NCBI GenBank assembly: GCA_965202585.1
Contig: OZ241832.1
Span: forward strand, 60,698,001 to 60,762,000
Direction of reading: 5' to 3'
DNA from: Thalia democratica
Lineage: Eukaryota
Length of the DNA stretch: 64,000 nucleotides
Every line of letters starts with the position of its first letter. The first letter of the stretch is position 1. The position numbers were made by a program, and so were the translations under genes. Of this stretch, positions 36,801 to 48,800 are shown one piece after another. Under the pieces are notes generated by a model that saw only the letters and a list, made by a program, of their open reading frames with translations, was not told where the DNA came from and ran no database searches.

Positions 36801-39800
36801 CAGTTATAAAATGTTGAACATTATTTAAAAATTTAAACTGTTTTAGGTTTTAAGTTTCAAAGTAGCTGAATAAACTGTTAGACCAACAAAATTTCAATAA
36901 CTAGTTTTATTTAAACAAAGGTAGGACAACAAAGTCTTAAAAGTAGCCAGTTTTAATTGTTTGTTGTTGATATTTATCTCATTTCTTTAATCTAACCTGA
37001 TAAGATATTTACGCTTGTCATTGTCCAAACAACCAGCCTGTCACAGTATTCCTTTCAACTATATTCAAGTTAAAAGATGAACACTGCTGTACAGGGGTAG
37101 TGTTTGTTTAACAGACAAAAATCAAATGTTGTTTTCTACTTGTAACCATTGAACAGTTTAATATAAAACTTTCTTTTTGTTTGTAAAGCTACAGTAGCAA
37201 CTGTAGTACAAAATTTTCCTATCTTAGATTCCTGTTATAAGTCTAGAACAAACTATCTTGTAAAGTTTAATGTTAACGAAAACTGTGAGTATAATTAAAC
37301 TAAGGTTTTGTTATTTATAAAGTTAAGTACAAAAAGAGTTTTTTTTAACTTATGTTTTAAATTTAATAGTACCCAATGCTTAAAATATTCTAAAATCTAT
37401 ATGCTAGTATTGATGTTAAAAAGTTTTAATTTACAAAAATTATTTTTACGACAATGATCAATCTCACTTAAATGTTTAAAACTTTTTATCAGCTCAACAT
37501 AAGTGACTTTGTAAAGATGATAGACACGTCACATCTACGACATAAAAAATTTAATCTATCTCAAACAAGTATTAAAAACATTTAATTGGTGCGATTTAGA
37601 CTGTAAGAGGCAAAACAAAATGACTGCAAGTACGGTAGTAAATTTGAAGGTGTAATATTTATACTGTCTTAAATTCATAAAAAATAAATATAGATATTGA
37701 ACAATTTCATTACCTTCTTTAATTTTAAAAACAACTAAAATTATTGAGCACTAAAATAATAAAACATTTTACAACATAAATAGGGTTATAAAATCAATAA
37801 AACTTTACTGTTATTATTAAAAAGAAGAACTAAACTTTGTCTTATTAATTTTCTTCATTTAATATAGATGTTTTTGTTATGAATTACTTTACTGGGACTT
37901 TACTTAAAGAGTATTATTAAAATTATATACTGATGGGTTAAATTAAGGCTAATAAAATTCATGTCAAACTACTTTAATTTATAGCTACTTATAGAGTAGC
38001 AAAGTTGATCATGTTTACACCACATATACGACATAAATATCTAACTTGACCTTGGTTAAATGTTTTATAAATTGAAAACCTTCAATCAAACTGTCTACAA
38101 TAAAACTAACTGTTTATATGTTAGTAAAGTAAGAAGTGTGGTATTCACTGTTAGAAAAATGAATTTTTGTAAGAAAAATCAATCACATTTGATGCACAAA
38201 CTTCCTGTAGAAATATATAGACTAATTAATTTTAGTTACAGTAGCAAAATTCAATATGTGTTAGATATGCTGTTTATGTGTTAGTAAATTAGGAAGTGTG
38301 GCTTTAACAAAAATCAATCTTGTTTAGTGCATAAACATTTTTAAAAATTAAGTCTATGCAATATTATAAATTTAATCAAGCTTAATTTAAGTTACAGTAG
38401 CAAAGTTAAGTACGTACTGTCTGAAATACCTTGTAAGAAATATTTAAATTTAAATGTTTCAAATTACTCAAACTTTTCACGTCAGATTTCAACCTCACCT
38501 GTTAAGCTCACCTGTTAATTTTGAACCGCAAAAATCAAACTTCAAACTCAAAAATCAACCTCTGAACCCCGATAACTTCTTTCCAAGAAAAACTTTTCTG
38601 TCATATAAAAAGTTGCAACTTTTTTATTTTCTGGTTTCAAAACACCGGAAGCAATCTATCACCTCGAGAAGTGAATTGCCAAGATTTATTTTTATTTTAA
38701 ATTTAATTTAATTTTTCAGACGGGCGCTCAACAACAGGGGGCAATGGGGGGAATGATAACTCCCACGCAAGGTTGGTTTCCTAGCAACTAAACATTGCGT
38801 TGCTTAGCAACCAAAATATTTTTTTTAGTTTGAAGTTTTATAAAAATAAATAAATATTAGTAATTAGATTTTAAACTAAACATTTTTTCATTTATTAAAA
38901 CTAAATATCTGAAAGTTTTGAAATTTTTTAAAATTCAAAAATTTACTTGCCAAATAAATAAAACTAAAAATCTCATTTCAGGGGGTTACCAGACGATGAG
39001 CCCGGGCCAGATGGTGCTCAACGGTCAGCAGTTCGGGCAGCTCCAGGACCAGGACGCTACCGGGGGCAGGGCCAAGAAGAAGGAGAAAGACGAAAAGTCC
39101 AAGGCTGTTGCGTCACAATCGAAAAAGTCGAAAGTGAGAAATTTCGTTTGATTTTTAATTTATTCGCGCGGGGAATTCTTTTTGAGTCATTTGAGCGCGT
39201 GTTGGTGAGTCACAGTGACGTCATAAAGGTTGCGTTTTCACGGTGACGAATCCAGCTCGTTGCCAGGCAATTAAAACTGCGAGACGTCGAAATGCGTTAT
39301 AATCCCGGAGAGCTGATGGATCGGAGCTTTCAAACAAACTTCTTTTGTTTGAATGAGTCGTGTTATTCGGCTTGTTTTTATGTAAATTGTTTATTAAAAA
39401 AGTTCGGCTGCGATTTAGTAATTTCAACTAGTGTTTTAAAAACTATATTTAGTTATTAAAATTAAAAAATCATTAATTTTTTTTTTTTTTTTTTTTGGAC
39501 ATTTTAAGTATGTACTTTTTGAAAAAGTGTTTAGTTAAAAAGTTTTAATTTTTAGCTTCTTTATGTAAAATTTATTGTTTTGTAAACTGTTGAAAGTTTA
39601 ATTCTAACTTAAACGTTTTAGAAAAAAATATAAACTTATAATTATAATTTTTATTTGTTACAGAGCCGAAGTGGAAAAGACTCACAGGAAGACTTCAGCA
39701 AAGAAAAAGATACAGGACTTAGGAAAAGAAGGTAGTTTATTTTTTTTTAATAATATAAATTATGTTTTTATAAAAACTACTTGCTGAATAAACAGCACTT

Positions 39801-42800
39801 CCGAAGCGAGCAAAAACAAAACTTTTTTGCCAAAAAAGCATCTTTAATTTTGTTTGTTTGCAAGTTTCAGTAGATGTTTTGCTTAATAAGAAAAAAGCTT
39901 ACTAAACTCTTATAATTTTAATCCTGCAAAAAATACTTGTTTAAGTTTATAGCACTTACTTTAGTGATAAATCATAAAGTTATACAAGCTGTAATTGAAA
40001 ACCTTCAATTTGTCGAAATTAATTTAAAACATAATTAATCTTTTGAAAGCACACATTAAATACACAACATCAATTATAAAAGTTTGACAGTGCGCGCATT
40101 TTTCAATAAATCTGCTTCAACTGTAATAACACGCTGCAGAAGTCTTCAAACACGTAAATATTTTTAATATAAACATCAAAAATAAACCGACTTTAATTTA
40201 TACGCACTTTTCGATATTTACTCACAATAAACCTCAAAATAAAATCTGTTAAGTGCGTCTGAATGTCGAACCTTTCTGAACTGCAGACCTGAAACATGCG
40301 CATAAGCGAGGATTAAGCGGATTAGAGAGGACTTTCAACTATCGAGACTTCCTTTAATCGTTTAATTGAAGCGTCAGACTTTGAGAAATAAATTTAAACA
40401 AATTAAATCCGTATTACAATCACAAAAATAAAAATAAAGTTTGTAATTAGCGCGCACTGTAATGTTTTTAAGTGTTAAAGTCCACTTGAAAGATGTTTAT
40501 CTAAATTCTAAAACAAATAAGGTTTTGTACTTGAGATTTTAAAGATAAAAAGATAAAAGTTTGAGTTTTATCAGTGAGAAGTTTTGAATTTAAATTTTAG
40601 CACTTCACCGCTATGTAGCTTGAGTTTTTATCGATATATAATTTATTATTAAATTATTTTTTTGGCACCGTTACACATAATCTAATTATTGAGTTGTTTT
40701 TAATATTACTGCCAATGAAATTATCTCTGTAGAAAAGTTGAACTTTTTTTTTCTTAAATTTTATATAATTTTTTAGCGTTATCTAAAGTTTATTTTCTCT
40801 ATTAAAAGCTGTTTTGTTTAACTTAATTTGAAATGAAAATTTAAATGAAGATTTTTTTACAAAACTACTCAAAAACTTGTGACATTTTAAGTACTCGTGA
40901 GTCATTATATTTAAATACCTTCCGTTCAAAATTTTCGCAGACTTTAGACAAAAGTTTGAAATTTCTTGCATATTTTTTCAATCACTGTAAAGACTTATCA
41001 TGGATTGACCCTGAAAACGTTTTTTTCGTGTAGCTGTTGTTAGCAATACAACCAAGCAGCTTCAATTTCAAATGGCTACTTCAAATGACTACAAATATGC
41101 CTTACAAAAATCTTGCACGAGTTTGAGTAACATTAAAAAACTTCAACAATATTTTTGTTGTTTTTTTGGGTTAGGTGTGTGCTGGCTAACGAGCCGATTT
41201 GTAAAAAAAATGTTTGTTTGTTTGTGCAGAGATTAAAATTAATTCTTATGTTACTATTCTAAGAGTTTTTGTATGTATGCAAAACATCAGCAATGTTTTT
41301 ATTTATGGTTCTAAAAATTGAAACTATTTTTTTTTTTAAACTTGGGTTCAGCTTATCAGGTTAGAAACATGAAGTCAGTAACTAAAAGGTACACTTTAAA
41401 ATGATCATCATTTAAAAGGTATTTTGTGAAAAATAAACTCTTATTAACGTTATTTAAAACTTTTAGATACAAAGGTTAGTCAAAATGATTAATTTTACTG
41501 TAATAATATTTAAAGCTGATAATATTGAAGTTACAAACAACTTTTAAGTTAGTATAAATTAAATAACTAAGGTCAGTTTAAACATGAAATCTAAATAACA
41601 TAATTTATGATGTGTATTTAGTATCTTATATCCCAAAGTTCTGAAAAAATTTTTTTTTTTTTTGAAATTTAGTACTAAATAAACCCAATACTGATGATAT
41701 GTAAAATACAGTATCTTAAATCAAAGTTAAATAAAATTCGAATACTTTCAAAGATTTATCAAATTTAAAGTTTTTATTTATATAGTTTATTTGATTTTAA
41801 AGGTCATCTAAGTTATAAATATAAGTAATCGATAGGCTGTTTTCTAAAAACTTTTTTGAACATAATGTTTGCTTAAAAAAAAAAAAACTTTTATGCTATT
41901 TAAAAGTTTTAAACTGTAAAATAAGATTTTTCCTTTTTTTATAATAATAGATAAGGTTAAAAGTGTTATTGAAATCTGATACTCAACTTAAATTTGAATA
42001 TAAATACAAGTTAACAAAACATTTGTAGAAATAATTTAAATTTGCTGCATTTAGATATAACTAAAAGCTGTTTTCCAATAACTGATTTAATATTCGGCTT
42101 AATTATATTTATGAGTATATTGTAATATCGTTTAATAAGTAAAGATAATATTCTTTAAACATAGTTGTAAATCATCTTGTCAATGTAATGAATATTAAAT
42201 TATAAACAAATTAGTTTTAATAATAGAAGCAATATTAATTTAATTTTGGATGTCAATGTAAAAATTTTAGTTTTAAAAAGACGGGAATTTTTACTCTAAG
42301 TTATTTTTTTTTGTTAATATGTAAGAAATTGCTGACATAAGTTCTTTTATATTACTTTTTAATATTTGAATAAAATAAATTCATTTAGCTAATACAAAAC
42401 ATGTATTTCTAAGCTTCATTGAAATTTTTTTCAGAATTAAATTAATAACAGTTGTGAGTCTTCAAGGATGTAATTAATCTGATAGTTTTCAACTAGATAA
42501 TACTTTATTCCCTATAAAAAAGTGATCTTTATAAAAATTGAATTTTCTTTTTTGTGTTTAATAATCTATAGAATCGAAAATACAGTAGTCTTTAAACAAT
42601 ATATTAAATTTCTAAAAACTTATCAGGCTTTTCGTATAGCTTCAAACTAAGTTAACATAAAAACAGTTCCCTTTTATCAACTGTGAGAAAAGCCTGCATA
42701 AATAAAATGTTTTTTTTTTCTACTCGCAATTACAGAGTTTTTAAGTTTTATCTATATTTTTAAACCTTTTAGAAAAACACCTTGCTACTTTATAATTTTA

Positions 42801-45800
42801 AAATCTTGAAACTTGTGTTATTATTTTCATTTTTCCCGACCACTCGTCCTTATTCGTTGATAGAAGCGGACAACGTTCTTGATTCCAACCATCACTATTT
42901 TTATGCCTAAAAACTACATATAAAAAAAATAAAAACTACCTTAAAAATCTAGTTTTGCAACACATTGAAAGCCTCTTCAGACTTTTTAATTTTTTGTGTT
43001 AACTAACTTACAAATATGACCATTAAACCCAACAACCAGGGGTCCAAGAAGGAGGCATTTTCACATGTTTTTAAAATAATTTTTAAATCTTTCTAATATA
43101 ACAAACTACTGTACCACTATCTTCAATTAACTTCATTATGTTTTGGTATTTTGGTATTTATATACCAGATCCCTCCTTTCTTCAAACAGCTTGGGATCGA
43201 AAGATGACTTTTCAGAAAATCCCGAAAAACGAGAGTTAATAAACATTTAAAACTAAATAATTAGGTATTTTTAATAAAATTTTACATAAAATTAAATTTT
43301 ATCTATTCATTACACCCTGGGATGTAAATTCTGAAAATGCTCATAACAAGGTGTTTGCCTTCCTCTTGTCGTTCATTTACAATACAGTTATATAACTCCC
43401 TCATATAATTTATTTATTTTTTGTTAAACTTCATATATTCATTGCAGCCTGGGATCGAAGGAAGAGGACGATTCCTCGGCGACTCCGGAGGAACGAGAGA
43501 AGCGAGAGAAGGACCGGAGGATGGCGAACAACGCCAGGGAGAGATTGAGGTGAAATTACTGTTTATTTATTTACTTTATTTTTATTTGAACTATTAATTA
43601 TTCATTTAATTTGTTTTTTGTTATTTAATGTTTTTGCTTAAGTAGTTGTTAAATTATATTAGTTTTAATATTTCTATTTCAAAGAGTGTTTTATTGCATC
43701 TTTAGTTATTACTATTTGTAATATATGTTGTTGAACTATAATAATATTTTATTGGACAAGGTGAATTTTACCAATCAATCATAAACCTTCTTTAGTTATT
43801 TAATTAATTTAATCTAAATTTACAGGGTGAGGGACATAAACGACGCGTTCAAGGAGCTGGGCCAGATGGTCCAGATCCACACCAAAGTGGACAAGCCGCA
43901 GACCAAGTTGAGCATTTTGCACCACGCCGTGCAAGTTATACTGACACTAGAGGGCGAAGTGAGAAGTAAGTTGTTTTGATTGTTTACTTAACTAATTAAT
44001 TTTTATTAAATAGTTTATTAAAATTTTAATTACTGCATCACGCAGTGCAAGTTTTATTGACACTAGAGGGTGAAGTCGGACGTAATTTTTTTTAATTGAT
44101 ATGGTTTGTAAGTCTTATCTCATAGAATTGCTTGCCCTTACTTTGAATTGTAGTGAAAACTAGATGTTTTATTTGGTGGTAAGTACATAAGGTATTTAAA
44201 CTGTCGAAGTGTTTAGTTTGTTAATGCATGAATTAAAACAAGTTAACTATCTCATTTAAAACAGCCGTAAAAACATAGAGGTTTAGCAAGTCTCATAATA
44301 TGTTTTAACACAAAAATAATTAGATAAATAAATTTTGATCACTTATACTGTTTAATTAGTTTTTATTTTCAATAGCGTTTACTTTAACCAGCAACAAGTG
44401 TTTTAAGCTTTTATGCTGACTATGACAAATATTCAACTACAAATAGTGTATTTAAATTTGAGTGCCATTAGTTTATAAAACAAAGTTTAGAAGTATTTTT
44501 AATATTGAAGTTAAATAATTCGGACTATTTAACAACTTATTTTATTAAAACAACTTTTATAATCTAGTTTGTTTTCCTAAAACATATGCAACATATTTTT
44601 TTTTGGTTTGTGAATTTCTTAAGGCTTCATTAGAGGGATATAAAACGATGATGGATTTAAAAATTAGGTTAAAGAGTTATACGCATTTCCATTGAAGTGG
44701 TATTGGCAATTAAAATACTTTATTTTATAACTTCTTGTGCGTAAAACTAAGGTTAAACTCAAGATAGCTTGAAAATAGCTGTAAAGTTTTTTATCCTAAT
44801 TTTTATTAAACTTATGAACAAATTTGAACATAAAATAAGTAATATATATAGAATTTAAATTTTATTGTAGGTGAAATTTAAAAACGTCAAATTAATTTCT
44901 TTGTTTTTGTGAGAATTCAGTATAAAGTTTATATTTGAGTTCACATCTTTTAAAAGAAGGGCATAGTAAATTAAACTTTTTTTATTTTACAAAATTTTCG
45001 GCACAAATAAAGATGCTTATTCTGCCAAACTTTTAACTTAAATAATGAAATTTATAACAAGTTAAAAGTTTTTTAAATTTTCACACAGTTAACGTTTGAA
45101 CCATAAAACTACAGTTCACCGAAGTTAAATTGCTAAACAAACATTATAAAGCGTTCAACAACCATTAAAATTATCTTTCTAAAATAAATTATAATAGATA
45201 TTTTTAGTTAAATTACTTTTTTATTGAAAAATTACACACATTTAACATGTAGACACGCAAAACAAAATGTTTAGTTCAATTTTTTACACTTTAAATAAAC
45301 AAAATAGTCGTATTTGGTTACAGTGATTTATTGAAAAATAATTGGCGCAAAATTGTTTTACTGCTTAATTGATTTTTAACTTAATTACGTGGTTTTCTAT
45401 TGTTTTACAAAGGTACAACATTAAATTACCTTTTGTTAAATTATTAGATAAAATCAATCACAACAGTAGATGATTTCTTATAAAAAAAATTAAAAAGTTG
45501 GTGATAGAGTACAGATAATTATAATTAAGCTTAAAGAAGTTTAAAATCTGCTGAAATTAAAATCCAAAAAATTTTAATAATAGTAACTTGGAACCTTAAT
45601 TTGTATTATTTATGAAATAAAAGAATTTATGAAATTTCAAGTGTATTTTTTATACAAAAAATGAACAATTTAAAACTATCCACTAGAACTAAAGCCTTAA
45701 ACCAAATATAATTTTATTCAATTTATTATCAGCGAGAAACTCAATACATAGAACTTAAAAATTAATGTGAGGTATTCTAAATATTTTAATTTTCCATAAC

Positions 45801-48800
45801 AATTTATAAATCACGAAATTTCACACTGCAATCTCAGCGTGAAATAACTTTTTTGTACAAAGTTAAAAATATTGAAAAACTTAAATCATAACAACCATAA
45901 GAACAATTTTTCACGCTCAAGTATGTTTAATAAAAAGTTCGAAAAGTTAATTCGAACTACCCTGAGAGATACTTGTTTTTTATTAATCAGTTGGGAATCG
46001 ACTTATAGATTTCCACTTTATTAAAACCTTGCGTTTAAGTTAGTTTATTTCTCTCTTATTTAGTATTTCTCTCAATGTTTTCACTTTGGTTATATTATTT
46101 TAGTTTTGAAATATTTATCAATTTTTACGAACATTAAACTTATAAATTTGTTCTATTAATTTTATTTTACTTAATTAATCTTATTAAAGTTTCCACTTTT
46201 ATTTAAGCATACTTTTCAAAAAAATGTAACCAATTTCATTTTTAATTATTTAAATCCATTTACTGACAAATACTTTTTTGCAAAGTTTATACTGTTTAGC
46301 TTAAAAAAAAAAACTTTCGTTAAGTTAAACAATCTCCGTATAAAAGTATCAGATGAAATTTGTAATTTAGTTAATCCGTGGTTCTCGCGTACGAAAAAGC
46401 TCTCTATCGCCACTAGTGGTCCAGTTAAAAAGGTATTTTGTAGCACTGTAAGTGTGTAGTACAAATTACTTTGTGCTTTTCATTATTTTTAAGTTATTAT
46501 GCTGAATTATGTTTTTTTTGTGTTAGTTTTCCTAAACTTTTTCTGTTAAATCAATAAGAAAAATTTTGAAAAACTTACTATCAGCTTCAATAAAAATCTA
46601 ACTTCTAGGTTTTGTAAATCTAAATTTAAAATTATCTAAAGCAAAACAAAACATTGTGAATTAAAAATCTGTTGTTCAAACTTATTAAAATTCTTGAGTC
46701 AAAAGCGATGGGTAGCTAAAAACAGTGTGAAACCTTTATAGTTTAGCAGTAAAAAAACGAATAAAAACTATTTAACTGTTATGATGATGCATACAAAATA
46801 ACATGTCTTAAACTTTAAATCTATATCTATAAACTATTTAGCAGATGAAGTTAAACAACCCAAAACATTTTTTTTTGTTTTAAGAGGGTTATAAGCAAAA
46901 GTAAAAATTATTTAGCTCGAAAAAAATTAAATGTAAGTAGTTTATTATTTAGTTAAGGCATGCCGCAATAAACAGAACGTACATAAATTAAAAATAACAT
47001 ATAAACTTTACAATTGAATCAAAAAAACGGCTAACAAACATGAAAACCGTTTTTCTTTAAATTTCAGTTTATAAGTATAGAAGAAAGATTTTTTGAAATA
47101 CCTAACCATAAAACTTTTTCGTCAGTGAGAACAGACCTTCAGAACGTTGTAAAAATAAAAGCTAAAATAAAATGTTTCAAGTAATTTACATAATTAAAAA
47201 CTTTTCGAGCGTTTTTTTTTGTAAAATTCATATGAGAAAAGTTTTCACAATATTTTAAATTTTCACAGTGAGGAACCTGAATCCGAAAGCGGCTTGCGTG
47301 AAGAGGCCTTCGGAGAAAGGGTCGGGACCCGGATCCTCGGGAGCTTCGGGGATCAGCGACCACTTCCAGGAGCACGACGTCATACAGGGACAGAAGGTTT
47401 GTTGTTATTAAATAAAATGTTTTTAATTGTTATATTTTTATTGATTAACAATACAGTTATTGATATATATGGATTTTTCATAACTTTTTTGTTATTTCTA
47501 ACAAAACAAGATTAAGATTTTGATCGTTGCTTGTTATGTTACTGAGAAATGTAACGTGTCAAACAAATCTAAGTTCAGAAAGTTTCAGGGGCAAAAAGTT
47601 TGTTTTTTTTTGAATGTGAGATTTGTTAACTGTTAATATTTTGAAGTTTTGACAACCACACTGTTAGTGCTAACATCAAAAAGGTGTAATTGTGATTATT
47701 AATTGTTATATTACTGAACTATGCCAAGTGTCAGATAAATTTGCTGTTCAGAAAATATTATTGAAGCACTTTTTGAAATATGAGTTTCATACTTTGTTCA
47801 ACAGCGTATTAAGTGCTATACTGTTATTTATAATATATTAATTATTTTTGAAAACGGTAACAGTCAAATGCCGTTGCACTCATTAGAATTTATATAATCT
47901 TAATCATATGAAAATCTCAATAAATTTTATAACTAATATATAATTAAAGTTTACTTTAGTTTAAGTTGCACATACGAATTTACTGAAAAATTAAATAGCT
48001 TATAACATCACATAAAAACTTTTAGAGATTGCTTGGCCCAGCAATAGCTTTCTCGTGACGTATCCGACTATAATACTATAACGCACGAACGTTGTCAGAG
48101 CGGAAATAAACAACTAATTTGTTTACTAATAGAGGAAACGGTTTAAACTTTAAACTTATAGTAGCAATGCAAAGTTCGAAATAAACAAATGTATTACTTA
48201 ATCTTAACTGACCTTAAGGCAGTTTTAAGCTTTAATCTTTGGTTCGGTAGAAGAAAGGTTCAAGTTTAAAACTTATTCAAAATACTGTAAAAAACTTAAA
48301 TTTTTATACAAATAAAGAATAAACAAACTAAAAAGTTCATTACCATTAACTATAAAATGTTGTGTCAAAACCTTAAGGATAACTAGGCTAAATAACTTAA
48401 TTTGCTAATGGTACTAAAAGAAACAGTTTTTACAAACAAAAAATAAAAAACACTAACAAAAACTAAAACATGCTAAAATCACGTTTAAAGCTCTTATCAT
48501 TTGTGGTTTAACAAGTATTTTTGTACTACAAAAATATTGCTCAATAAAAATTTACATGATAAAAACCGTAAATATAAATTATTTCATAACATTAGGTTAC
48601 TGAAGGATTTATATAACAACATAAACTTTTTATTTGTTTACATTAACAACTAATGCGTGTTATTGACTTCTAGGTGAATAGTAAAAACCCCATAAAAACT
48701 TTAATTGTTTTGAAAATAAAAGTTTTTACTGCATTCGAACAACGTTTAGCCAACAATGTGTTTAAAATTAACTTGTTTTGATGTTATACATTAAAACATA

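Noticed and set aside
46405-46420. CGCCACTAGTG(G), also at 17482, as CTCF sites
   Set aside because: One base shorter than the CCACYAGRKGGC core spacing; two occurrences are not enough to support a call.
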